Assembly (NCBI GenBank): GCA_017619985.1
Contig: JAFZRG010000100.1
Coordinates: 1 to 31,805, forward strand
Direction: 5' to 3'
DNA: 31,805 bases
Origin: Bacillota bacterium
GTDB lineage: Bacteria > Bacillota > Clostridia > Peptostreptococcales > Anaerovoracaceae
Shown here: piece by piece, positions 1-8,522 of the stretch
Position numbering within the stretch: the first letter of the stretch is position 1
Layout: the number at the start of each line of letters is the position of its first letter
The notes under the pieces: generated by a model
What the model saw: only the letters and a program-made list of their open reading frames with translations
Database searches by the model: none
What the model was told of the DNA's origin: nothing
Program-made: the position numbers and the translations under genes

Positions 1-266
1 CAGACGATCTTCAGTGCGCCTGCATTGTCCAGCACGCCGCCTTCGCCGAACAGCACGTCCTGTACGATCGCACCCGTCGGCAGGATGCAATGGATGACTT
101 CGCACCGCTCTGCCATCACCGCCGGAGTCATGCAGACAGCACCGAGGCCTGTCAGTTCCCTGACAGGCCCCTCCTCCAGATCATAGACCGCCAGTTCGCC
201 GAGGCCCTTCAGCAGATGCTTCGCCATGGGCTTTCCCATGATGCCGAGTCCGATAAATCCGGTCAT
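1..266 (-). CDS. NAD(P)-dependent beta-hydroxyacid dehydrogenase family protein (GarR/GlxR/MmsB-like), N-terminal part; runs off the window edge
   Basis: Not in the ORF track. Manual translation from ATG at 266 gives MTGFIGLGIMGKPMAKHLLKG...VIHCILPTGAIVQDVLFGEGG, with the family Rossmann motif GFIGLGxMGxPMA. RBS AGGAGA at 272-277 overlaps the lysA stop. Confidence 0.85.
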   Translation of the reverse strand, partial: MTGFIGLGIMGKPMAKHLLKGLGELAVYDLEEGPVRELTGLGAVCMTPAVMAERCEVIHCILPTGAIVQDVLFGEGGVLDNAGALKIV

Positions 267-275
267 GATATTCTC

Positions 276-1550
276 CTATTCCAGATCGAGTTTCTTGTAG
301 AATTCCGTGCCGTCCAGCGTCTTGAAGTAGTCCGCCAGCGTCTCCGCCCTGCGGATCTGCACGACGCTGCCGTCTTCCTTCAGCAGCAGCTCCGCGTGGC
401 GCAGCTTGCCGTTGTAGTTGCTGCCCATGGAATGGCCGTGCGCGCCGGCGTCATGGATGGCGATGTAGTCGCCGATCGCGATCTCCGGCAGCATGCGGTC
501 GATGGCGAAGCGGTCGTTCGATTCGCACAGGGATCCGGTGATGTCGTACTTGTGATCGCACGGCATATCTTCCTTGCCCAGAACCGTCACATGATGATAA
601 GCGCCGTACATCGCGGGACGCATCAGATCGACACAGCAGGCGTCGAGACCGACGAATTCCTTGTGCGTATGCTTGATGTGCAGCACCCGGCCGATCAGCA
701 GGTCGTACGGACCCGTCACGAAGCGGCCCATCTCGGTATAGATGGCCACGTTCGTCATGCCGGCCGGTCCGAAGATGCGGTCGTAGACCTCGTGCACCTT
801 TTCGCCGATGATCTCGATGTCGTTGGGCGTCTGGTCAGGACGGTACGCGATGCCTACGCCGCCGGACAGGTTCACGAACGGGATGTCCATGCCTGTCTTG
901 TCGCGCAGCTGCACCGCCAGCTCGAACAGTTCGCCCGCGAGCGTCGGATAATAGTCGTTCGTCACAGTGTTGCTGGCCAGGAACGCGTGGATGCCGCAGT
1001 GCTTTACGCCCTTTTCCTTCAGCATCTTCATCCCTTCGAACATCTGATCCGTCGTAAAGCCGTATTTAGCTTCGCCCGGATTGTCCATGATCGCCGTGTT
1101 GATCGTAAAGCTTCCGCCCGGGTTATACCGCACGGAAACGGTCTCGGGCAGCCTGCCGATGGCCTTTTCGCAGAAATCGATGTGTGTGATATCGTCGAAG
1201 TTGATGATGGCGCCGATCTTCGCCGCGTATTGGAATTCCGAGGCCGGGGTCACGTTCGAAGTGAACATGATCTTGTCGCCGGGCAGGTCCATGGCCTTCG
1301 CGAACGTCAGTTCCGCGCGGGACGCGCAGTCGCACCCGAAACCGTAATCCTTCAGGATGGCCATGATGGCGGGGTTCGGACAGGCCTTGACCGCGAAGAA
1401 CTCGCGGTATCCCGGGTTCCAGGAGAACGCCCGCTTGATCCGCTCGCAGTTTTCGCGCAGTCCCTTTTCGTCATAGAGATGGAACGGCGTCGGATAGGTC
1501 TTGACGATCTCTTCGATCTGTTCTTTCGTTACGAACGGTCTCTTTTCCAT
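276..1550 (-). CDS. lysA: diaminopimelate decarboxylase
   Basis: YPTPFHLYDE, FFAVKAC (PLP Lys), NLSGGVG, TEMGRF, GSLCESND and GSNYNG motifs. Start placed at ATG 1550 (MEKRPF), which overlaps the upstream TAA (TAATG), rather than the track start at 1658. Confidence 0.9.
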   Translation of the reverse strand: MEKRPFVTKEQIEEIVKTYPTPFHLYDEKGLRENCERIKRAFSWNPGYREFFAVKACPNPAIMAILKDYGFGCDCASRAELTFAKAMDLPGDKIMFTSNVTPASEFQYAAKIGAIINFDDITHIDFCEKAIGRLPETVSVRYNPGGSFTINTAIMDNPGEAKYGFTTDQMFEGMKMLKEKGVKHCGIHAFLASNTVTNDYYPTLAGELFELAVQLRDKTGMDIPFVNLSGGVGIAYRPDQTPNDIEIIGEKVHEVYDRIFGPAGMTNVAIYTEMGRFVTGPYDLLIGRVLHIKHTHKEFVGLDACCVDLMRPAMYGAYHHVTVLGKEDMPCDHKYDITGSLCESNDRFAIDRMLPEIAIGDYIAIHDAGAHGHSMGSNYNGKLRHAELLLKEDGSVVQIRRAETLADYFKTLDGTEFYKKLDLE

Positions 1551-2959
1551 TACAGGAACTCCTTTCCGACAGCGATGATCGCCTCTGCGACCTTCTTGAT
1601 GTCCTCCTCCTCGATGGACCAGTTGGAGAGACTGCAGCGCAGATGAGGCACGCCGCAAACGCCGGACGGATTCAGATAGGTCGTGCCTTCCAGACGGATG
1701 GCCCTCTCGAGCGCGTGGATCTCTTCGTCGGTCACGCCCTCCTTGTTGAGCGTAAAGGCGAATCCGTTGATCAGGACAGGCTTGTGGATCTTATACACAC
1801 CGCTGTCTTCGAGCAGTTTCGCGAATTTCTGCGCCAGTTCGCAGTCTCTTTCGACCATTTCGCGGAATCCTTCCTTGCCGTAGGCCATGAGCGTCATCCA
1901 GACGGCCAGCGCGCGGAAGCGGCGGCTGCCTTCGTTGCCCAGATGTTCGAGCGCCGTGCTGTCCGTCCAGTGGTCGGATACGCTCGTGGTCTGCGCATAC
2001 GTGCGGTACTGCATCTCTCGGTGTTCTCTGCGCACCATCGCGATGGCGCAGTCGTAGTTGACGTTGACCCACTTGTGTCCGTCGATGGTAAAGCTGTCCG
2101 CTTCTTCTGCGCCGTCGAACAGCGGTCTGTACTTGGGCGAAGCCATGGCCATGGAGCCGACGGCACCGTCCACGTGCAGCCAGAACTCATATTTCTTCTT
2201 CAGGTCCGCGATCGCTCTCAGGTCGTCCATGTCGCCGCTGTTGGCGGTGCCCATGTTCGCGATGACGATGACCGGTTTGCCCGCGGCTTTCTTCAGCTCT
2301 TCTTCCAGCTTCGCCATATCGCCCGCGTCCCTGCCGGGAAGCTTGCCGTATTCGATGATGCTGTTTCTGCCAAGGCCCAAAAGCGAAAGTCCCTTATAGA
2401 TCGAGGCATGTGCAAACGCGGACAGGACGATGGGTCTTTCTAGTCCATAGATGCCGTCGTTCGCGCTCTTGCCCTGTTTTGCTGCTGCCCATTCTCTCGC
2501 GCAGGCCAGCGCGTTCGTCGTGGCCATCGTGGCGCCGGACGTGAACGAACCGGTAAAATCGCTGCGCAAGCCGAGCAGATCCTTCAGGCCTTCGATGGCT
2601 TCGTCTTCGATCTGGCGGTCCATGCAGTCCATCTCGCCGAAAGCGTTCTGGTCGTACAGGGAGGTCAGCCAGTCGCCTGCCAGCGCTGCGGGGGTCACGC
2701 CGCCGATGACGTAGCCGAAGAACCGGGACCCGCTGTTCAGCGCCAGCCCTTCGCTGTACTCGTTTACGAAAAGATCGATCGCGCCTTCCGCGCCGAGGCC
2801 CTGCTCGCCCATCTTTCTGAGCGGCTTTCTTTCCCATACGGGAAGCGCCTTTCCGGTCTCGCGCTGCGCGAAGAAGCGTTCCGCCTCTTTTTCGACCCTC
2901 TTGAAGATCTCGAACTGCCGTTCTCTGTCGTTCTTCATTTTCTCGTTCATACGTTCCAC
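1550..2959 (-). CDS. group II PLP-dependent decarboxylase (aromatic-L-amino-acid/glutamate decarboxylase family), substrate unknown
   Basis: FFGYV, FTSGATMA, WLHVDGA, DSFTIDGHKW (PLP Lys), SRRFRALAVW and LRCSLSNW motifs. Start is ambiguous: GTG 2959 or ATG 2950. Confidence 0.85.
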   Translation of the reverse strand: MERMNEKMKNDRERQFEIFKRVEKEAERFFAQRETGKALPVWERKPLRKMGEQGLGAEGAIDLFVNEYSEGLALNSGSRFFGYVIGGVTPAALAGDWLTSLYDQNAFGEMDCMDRQIEDEAIEGLKDLLGLRSDFTGSFTSGATMATTNALACAREWAAAKQGKSANDGIYGLERPIVLSAFAHASIYKGLSLLGLGRNSIIEYGKLPGRDAGDMAKLEEELKKAAGKPVIVIANMGTANSGDMDDLRAIADLKKKYEFWLHVDGAVGSMAMASPKYRPLFDGAEEADSFTIDGHKWVNVNYDCAIAMVRREHREMQYRTYAQTTSVSDHWTDSTALEHLGNEGSRRFRALAVWMTLMAYGKEGFREMVERDCELAQKFAKLLEDSGVYKIHKPVLINGFAFTLNKEGVTDEEIHALERAIRLEGTTYLNPSGVCGVPHLRCSLSNWSIEEEDIKKVAEAIIAVGKEFL

Positions 2960-4321
2960 TTATCCTTTCTGTTCTTCTTCGCTTCCGGCCTCTTCGCTGG
3001 TTTCCGCCGGTTTCGGGGGATATAGCATGATACTGACGGAAAAGATCCCGTCCTTCGTAGTGATATCCATCGTTCCGTTATACCGCTTTACCGTCGCGGC
3101 TACGGACGGCATGCCGAAGCCGTGACCAGGCTCTCTGGAGACCGGCAGGTGTTCGCGGTCGAAACGGATCTTGCCTATATAGGGGTTGTCGACGGTAAGG
3201 CCAAGCATCGTATCGGAAAGCATGCTGGAGACGACGTCGATCCTGCGCTTTTCTTCCGGCACATTCTCCGTGGCCTTCAGTGCGTTTTCGAGCAGGTTTC
3301 CGAGCATGGCGCAGAATTCGATCTCCGGGATGGGCAGCACCTTCGGAAGCCGCAGATCCCATTGCATCTTGATGTTTTTCGCCTCCGCCAGGCTCGCGTA
3401 ATGAGATGCCACCGCGTCGACCGCCATGTTGGCGCAGAACGGCGTATACCCTTTTTTCAGGATGTCGGTGAACTGTTTGACGTAGTCTTTCAGCTCGTCG
3501 AATTCCCCGTTCGCGGTCAGCTCCGTGATGACCCGGATATGCTGCCGGAAATCGTGGCGCAGCGTACGGGTCTCATCCATGTAGCTGCGCAGTTCCTCGT
3601 AGCGCTTCTGCTCCATGCTGAGCACGGTGTTCTCCTGCTTGATCTCCGCGTTCTCGTTCAGACGCATGGACGTCCACCAGAACAGATGGTAGATCAGGTA
3701 CAGCGCGAGCGGGTACAAAGCCAGGCCTACCAGACCGACGGAGCGCACACGGCCGACGCGCAGCGTCGCGATGTCCTGCGGATTGATGTAGATAAAGATC
3801 GCGCACAGCAGCACGAGAACGAGCGAAAACGCCCACCAGGTCCTGTTCAGGCGCTCTTCGTTCAGCAGATAAGGCAGTTTGACGGCCAGCGTCCTGTAGA
3901 AAAAGAGCAGGATCAGGAACGTGATGCCGACGCAGATCAGGGACGACCGGATCGTAAAGGGTCCTTCGTCCGGTTCGACCGGCGCCGTCAGGAATACCGA
4001 GTAGACGGTCGTGAAGAAACAGAGCATGCAGGCGTTCAGGAAGCAGAAGATCTTCTTCGTCATGTTGAGCTGCACGGTGAGCGTAAAGACCTCGAAACAG
4101 AGCAGAAGCAGCGGCAGCAGGATAAACCCCGTCGATACGTTGAACCGGACGCAGGCGTCCGCGCCGATCAGGATGAAAGCGGTCATGAAACCGCCGATCA
4201 GCAGCAGTACGACCGGCCATTTGAAGCGCACGTGATTCCTTACCGGCAGATACGCCATGATGGCAGCCGGGATGCAGATGGTCAGTTCCAGCGCATGGCG
4301 GATAAAGAGTTCGTTCGTCAT
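2960..4321 (-). CDS. membrane-bound GHKL sensor histidine kinase (AgrC-like)
   Basis: Multi-TM N-terminal half, H-box LRHDFRQH, N-box GNLLENALKA, G-box HGFGMPSV. Confidence 0.9.
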   Translation of the reverse strand: MTNELFIRHALELTICIPAAIMAYLPVRNHVRFKWPVVLLLIGGFMTAFILIGADACVRFNVSTGFILLPLLLLCFEVFTLTVQLNMTKKIFCFLNACMLCFFTTVYSVFLTAPVEPDEGPFTIRSSLICVGITFLILLFFYRTLAVKLPYLLNEERLNRTWWAFSLVLVLLCAIFIYINPQDIATLRVGRVRSVGLVGLALYPLALYLIYHLFWWTSMRLNENAEIKQENTVLSMEQKRYEELRSYMDETRTLRHDFRQHIRVITELTANGEFDELKDYVKQFTDILKKGYTPFCANMAVDAVASHYASLAEAKNIKMQWDLRLPKVLPIPEIEFCAMLGNLLENALKATENVPEEKRRIDVVSSMLSDTMLGLTVDNPYIGKIRFDREHLPVSREPGHGFGMPSVAATVKRYNGTMDITTKDGIFSVSIMLYPPKPAETSEEAGSEEEQKG

Positions 4322-5049
4322 CTTCCCCTCCTCATCCGCGTGATCTGGTACTGGGAGAACTGACGGATCAGTTCGGGACGGTTCTTGGTCCGCAGCGGAT
4401 AGCTGCTGCCGTCATCCATCCTGAAGATCTCGCCGTTCAGGGACGATACGTGGTCCATGTTGACAAGGATGCCCCGGTTGCAGAGGAGAAAACGCTCGTC
4501 GGCAGTCAGGATCTGCTCCGTCTCTCCGAAAGTCAGCATGCCCCGGACAGAGCTGCCGTCCGTCAGTCGAAACAGCACCGCGTGACCCTGGGAGATCACG
4601 GAAACGATCTGGCTGTACGTGACCTGCACTTCTGCTTTCCCGGCTTTGACGGCGATCTCCGGTTCACTGCCGGACAGGACGCGCAAGGCTTCCGCCAGCA
4701 CGTGGTTGAGCTGCTCTTCTTTATAGGGTTTGATCAGATAATCGAAGGGATGGATCGGAAACGCATCGAACGCGTATTCCCGGGAGGTCGTGAGGAAGCA
4801 GATCAGGAGGTTCGTATCCTCCTTGCGCAGCTGTTCCGCAAGTTCGATACCCGTCATATCATCCATGCGGATGTCGAGGAACGCGATCTGAAAGAGATCC
4901 TTGGAAAACTCGCGCAGCATAGCTTCTCCGCTGTCATAGACATAGGTCTCGGCTTCCAGTTCCTGCTTTGCGTACCATCTGGCAACGTCTTTCTCCAGGC
5001 GTTCCCTGTCCATTTTCAGATCGTCGACGATCGCGATGCGCCATTCCAT
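4318..5049 (-). CDS. LytTR-family response regulator
   Basis: Receiver domain IAIVDD...AFLDIRM...DYLIKP; LytTR domain FLLCNRGILVNM. ATGA overlap with the kinase start. Confidence 0.92.
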   Translation of the reverse strand: MEWRIAIVDDLKMDRERLEKDVARWYAKQELEAETYVYDSGEAMLREFSKDLFQIAFLDIRMDDMTGIELAEQLRKEDTNLLICFLTTSREYAFDAFPIHPFDYLIKPYKEEQLNHVLAEALRVLSGSEPEIAVKAGKAEVQVTYSQIVSVISQGHAVLFRLTDGSSVRGMLTFGETEQILTADERFLLCNRGILVNMDHVSSLNGEIFRMDDGSSYPLRTKNRPELIRQFSQYQITRMRRGR

Positions 5050-5128
5050 AGGTGTCTTCCTCTCCTCCGAAAAAGCATATTAGTACAAATACATTATATC
5101 ATCGTTTCTCTGCGATACCATAAGAACA

Positions 5129-5157
5129 TAAAAAAACGGGGACAGACTGTCCCCGTT
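5129..5157 (-). terminator. intrinsic terminator downstream of thiT
   Basis: AACGGGGACA-GTC-TGTCCCCGTT (10 bp stem) followed by a T tract on the minus strand. Confidence 0.85.
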
Positions 5158-5172
5158 CCGTAAACCCCTTTT

Positions 5173-5745
5173 CTACCCCATCGCCTTGAACAGTTTCGGT
5201 GCACTCTTGTACAGGATGCCGATCACGATCACGGTGATGACCGTTTCCACGGACATGAAGCTTCCGTTGTAAGTCAGCGAATAAACAATGGCTCCGACGC
5301 CGTCGTTCGTGATGGATCCCCATACGATGAAGCCGGACAGGAAGTGCGCCAGGAAACGAAGCATGCAGACGCAAACAGTGCCGAACAGGATGCCCTGCAT
5401 CTTCTTGTTCTCCCCGAAGGGCTTCGCGAAGAACCAGGCGAGCCCCAGCGCGGTAAACGGCACCAGATAGTCAAGGACCACTTCCAGCGCCATGGCAGTC
5501 GCGGTGCCTGCCGGCGTCGGCCACAGGCCGCCCAGCAGCATCTGCAGCAGACTGTTGGCAAAGCCGGACAGCAGGCCCCAACGCGGACCGTGCCGCAGGG
5601 AGATGAGGATGAAAGGCACCATGGAAGCCGCGGTGATGCTGCCTCCGTTGGGCATCTCGTAGATCTTGATCTGGGCGAGGATCGTGCCCAGCGCGACGAG
5701 GACGGCGCATTCCGCCAGGATCCTCGTTTTATTCGTGTTGTTCAT
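5173..5745 (-). CDS. thiT: ECF S component, thiamine transporter
   Basis: Hydrophobic 190 aa protein with MPNGGSIT, LEVVLDYL and SLTYNGSFM motifs typical of ThiT; lies under a TPP riboswitch. Confidence 0.9.
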   Translation of the reverse strand: MNNTNKTRILAECAVLVALGTILAQIKIYEMPNGGSITAASMVPFILISLRHGPRWGLLSGFANSLLQMLLGGLWPTPAGTATAMALEVVLDYLVPFTALGLAWFFAKPFGENKKMQGILFGTVCVCMLRFLAHFLSGFIVWGSITNDGVGAIVYSLTYNGSFMSVETVITVIVIGILYKSAPKLFKAMG

Positions 5746-5764
5746 GACTTGTTCCTTTCCGGAT

Positions 5765-5797
5765 AAAAAACCGCACTCCTGGGGTCAGGAGTGCGGT
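5765..5797 (-). terminator. expression-platform terminator of the TPP riboswitch
   Basis: ACCGCACTCCT-GACCCC-AGGAGTGCGGT followed by TTTTT, about 20 nt before the thiT ATG. Its 5' arm GCACTCC can alternatively pair with the aptamer's GGGGTGC (anti-terminator). Confidence 0.85.
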
Positions 5798-5811
5798 CAA
5801 ATGCAATACAG

Positions 5812-5900
5812 AATATGCTCCCTACGCCGGCATTACCCGGATCAGGTAAAAGAGTATGTTCTCAGCCGGACTGCACCATGCAGCTCAGCACCCCTGTTAT
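5812..5900 (-). ncRNA. TPP (thi-box) riboswitch aptamer
   Basis: Minus strand reads GGGGTGCT...GGCTGAGAA...TTTTACCTGATCCGGGTAATGCCGGCGTAGGGAG, which carries the canonical TPP aptamer motifs. Confidence 0.95.
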
Positions 5901-5907
5901 CGTATCG

Positions 5908-5916
5908 ATTATAGCA
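5908..5916 (-). promoter_or_regulatory. candidate extended -10 promoter for the TPP riboswitch/thiT
   Basis: TGcTATAAT a few nt upstream of the aptamer; no good -35 seen. Confidence 0.55.
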
Positions 5917-5924
5917 CGTTTGCG

Positions 5925-8438
5925 CTAGGCGATAAAGCCCTTTTCTTTGAGGATCTCCTCTGCCTTTCCGGCCTTCGCCTCGTTCACCATGACGACGGGA
6001 CCCGTGCAGCCCATGCCGGATTCGGCATAGATGCCCTTCTCCCACAGCGATTCGACCGCGGCGTCGATGTCCGTGACTTCCACGCCGTGGATGTCGACGG
6101 TGACGGTCTCCTTCGCGGGAGCCTTCACCTTGGCTGCCGGCTTCTCGAACGCGTGCTTGCCTTCGGAACGCATCTCTTCCAGGATGTCGTTCATGCCGGC
6201 TCTCTGCGCCTTTCTCAGCTCTTCGCCGGAGATCTTCAGCCAGTTCGAAGCTGCCAGCTGGCTCGCATACTGCACCGCATTGGCGATGACGGGAGCGCCG
6301 GAGGCTCTGGAGATGATCAGGATCAGTTTGCCGTAGTTGCCGCCGATGCCCGGGCCGTAGCCGTAACCGCTGGCTTCGAAGTTGCCGCCCGTGTTGAAGG
6401 ACGAGAACATCTTCATCATCAGGTTGCCGGTGAGCGGGTCGCAGGCCAGCACGTCAGGCGTACCTCTCAGCACGTCGTTGCCGCGCATCATGTGGCCGCC
6501 GTCCGCTCTGCAGGATTCGGCGAATTCGAACGAATAGCCGTTCTCCTTCAGCTTAAGCAATGCTCTTTCGCATCTTCTCGCGTCGTCCGCGTTCAGGATG
6601 CCGACCGTCGGCTCTTCGATGCCGCAGGCCTTCGCCGCGATGATGCCGTAGATCGCGTTCTTCACCATGGCTTCGGCTCTGTCGGTGGAGCTGGTGCCTG
6701 TCGTGCAGGCGATGAACATCTCCTTGCCGAGCGCCGGGGTCACGACGCGTCCGACGGTGGATACGCCGATCGGGAACGGATAGTGGGACGTGACCGCGCC
6801 GTCGATCTCACCGCTCTTGAGCATGGCTTCCATCTTTGCGTGGCAGTCTTCTCCGTCGATGATGACGGCCTTGCAGCCCTTGTTTGCCGCGAATTCCACA
6901 GCGTCGACGAGGTTCTGCGGGTCAAGCTCGTAGCCTGCCGCCGCGATGCCGATGACGGGCACCTTCACGGCCGGAGCCGCCGCCTTCTTTTCGTCCTTTT
7001 TCGTATTGGCCTGGACGAGGAATGAGATGCCGTCGAACAGGTTGGTCATGCGGCCGAGGAACAGAGATCCCTTGCCGATGATCATGGCATTCTTCGTCTT
7101 GCCGGACATGATGCTTTCTCTGGCGTAACCCAGATACGGCACACCGGATGGAATGTGGCCCTGCGTAGGCGCATAGCCCTTCAGGCCGTGCTCCTTGACG
7201 AAAGCGGGCAGCTGCGTGCGCTCCATCTGGCCGAGTTTGACGCCGAGAGCGCCGATCATCTTATAGTTCGACTCGGGGACGTCCCCTGCCCCTGCGGGCT
7301 TCGTGATGTCCGGATTCTGCATCTCGGGGGAATATTTGTCCACGTCGAGGATGGTCATGCCGGCTTCCGCCAGAGGATCGGTCACAAGGGATCCGATGAC
7401 TGCCTGCGGCGCGGATCCTGTACCGACTCTGTGTCTGCCGACGATATCCGTATTGATCTCGGGGCTCTTGCCGTCGTTCTCGGAAACGAGGACGGCGAAG
7501 CCGCCGAGGCAGTCTTCCAGGATGGGAAGGCCCTTCTTGACGTGGTCCTTGCCGTTCATGCCGAGCTTGGCCGTGCAGCCGCCGCCCGCGACGACGACGT
7601 TTTTGAACGTCCCCGCCTTGACGAGGGATGCCGCTTCCACGATGGCGTGCGCGGGACCCGCGCAGAAGCCTCTCGTGTCACTGCCCGTGGCATTTACCAG
7701 CCCTGCGATCTCCGCGGCAGCCTTCGCGAAGTTGCCGCCGCCGCGCTGGTTCATGTCGCCGCAGGCCTCTTCGCTGCAGTCGATCATGTAATCTACGTCG
7801 GCGGCATCGATGCCCGCATTTTTGACCAGATGCAGCACGGACAGGACTTCGGACGCCTTGGAAACGAGGTTCTCGAACATGACGTGCGCGCTCAGGTTCA
7901 CGTCCACGTCGTGTGCTCTCTTGACGTAACCGACGGCCTTATCCGCGAAGATCAGCGCCTCCGCGCCGTCTTCGATCGCGCTCTTGATCTCCGCCGCTTC
8001 GTCCCCTTCCTTGATCAGGGCGAGGATGTTTTCGTTCATCAGTGGATGCTCCTTCAGCTTCGGCAGCGTCTTCGCGACGAACTTCTTGTCCAGGCGGACC
8101 AGGTCGAACACGTCGCACGCCTGCATCAGCAGGATGAATTCGTCTTCGGGCATGATCTCGCCGAACTTGCCGAAGCGTTCGGGCTTTTCGACCTTCTTGT
8201 CTGCCCATGGTTCCGGGATCTGCGCCAGATCGTCGATCGGAAGATTTCCGATGTAGGTCTGGTTGGGCGGATACGCCAGGCAGTCCTCGTAGGACCTCAT
8301 GTGGGAAGGAAGCTCCTTCAGATAATCGGAGCCCGGATTGACGACTTTTTCTGTTGTCTGGGTCGTGCCGTGATGCATCACCATGCCGGGCACGTGGACC
8401 AGGATATATCCCGCTCCCTTGATCACACTGTAGCTCAT
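5925..8438 (-). CDS. grdC/grdD: glycine reductase component C, fused beta (GrdC) and alpha (GrdD) subunits
   Basis: Single 837 aa ORF. GrdC motifs CSEEACGDMNQRGGGNFAK, GFCAGP and SLFLGRMTNLFDG; linker near residue 479 (TKKDEKKAAAPAVKVP); GrdD motifs YPFPIGVSTVGRV, GTPDVLACDPLTGN and catalytic SGMGCTGP (Cys codon 6006-6008). Confidence 0.92.
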   Translation of the reverse strand: MSYSVIKGAGYILVHVPGMVMHHGTTQTTEKVVNPGSDYLKELPSHMRSYEDCLAYPPNQTYIGNLPIDDLAQIPEPWADKKVEKPERFGKFGEIMPEDEFILLMQACDVFDLVRLDKKFVAKTLPKLKEHPLMNENILALIKEGDEAAEIKSAIEDGAEALIFADKAVGYVKRAHDVDVNLSAHVMFENLVSKASEVLSVLHLVKNAGIDAADVDYMIDCSEEACGDMNQRGGGNFAKAAAEIAGLVNATGSDTRGFCAGPAHAIVEAASLVKAGTFKNVVVAGGGCTAKLGMNGKDHVKKGLPILEDCLGGFAVLVSENDGKSPEINTDIVGRHRVGTGSAPQAVIGSLVTDPLAEAGMTILDVDKYSPEMQNPDITKPAGAGDVPESNYKMIGALGVKLGQMERTQLPAFVKEHGLKGYAPTQGHIPSGVPYLGYARESIMSGKTKNAMIIGKGSLFLGRMTNLFDGISFLVQANTKKDEKKAAAPAVKVPVIGIAAAGYELDPQNLVDAVEFAANKGCKAVIIDGEDCHAKMEAMLKSGEIDGAVTSHYPFPIGVSTVGRVVTPALGKEMFIACTTGTSSTDRAEAMVKNAIYGIIAAKACGIEEPTVGILNADDARRCERALLKLKENGYSFEFAESCRADGGHMMRGNDVLRGTPDVLACDPLTGNLMMKMFSSFNTGGNFEASGYGYGPGIGGNYGKLILIISRASGAPVIANAVQYASQLAASNWLKISGEELRKAQRAGMNDILEEMRSEGKHAFEKPAAKVKAPAKETVTVDIHGVEVTDIDAAVESLWEKGIYAESGMGCTGPVVMVNEAKAGKAEEILKEKGFIA

Positions 8439-8453
8439 AATACAGTTCCTTTC

Positions 8454-8501
8454 AAAAAATACGAGCGGCGGACGGGCCTTTTTGCCTCGCCCGCCGCTTG
8501 T
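8454..8501 (-). terminator. long hairpin plus T tract between grdA and grdC/D
   Basis: ACAAGCGGCGGGCG-AGGCAAAAAGGCC-CGTCCGCCGCTCGT followed by ATTTTTT. Confidence 0.75.
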
Positions 8502-8522
8502 CTTGCCTGCTAACCGGATCGG

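Noticed and set aside
90-1646. Long plus-strand ORFs (90-1646, 3122-4363, 5856-7025, 7155-8513, 9791-11884, 11767-13320, 20850-22700, 22667-24559 and others)
   Set aside because: They are exact antisense shadows of well-supported minus-strand genes. High GC at third codon positions suppresses stops on the opposite strand, and they show no recognisable motifs or RBS.
5050-5130. LytTR direct-repeat binding site upstream of the regulator
   Set aside because: No convincing pair of spaced direct repeats is visible; only an extended -10-like TGaTATAAT at 5093-5101.
5135-5157. GGGGACAG/CTGTCCCC inverted repeat as a transposon end or REP element
   Set aside because: Single copy in the window, no transposase nearby, and fully explained as the thiT terminator.
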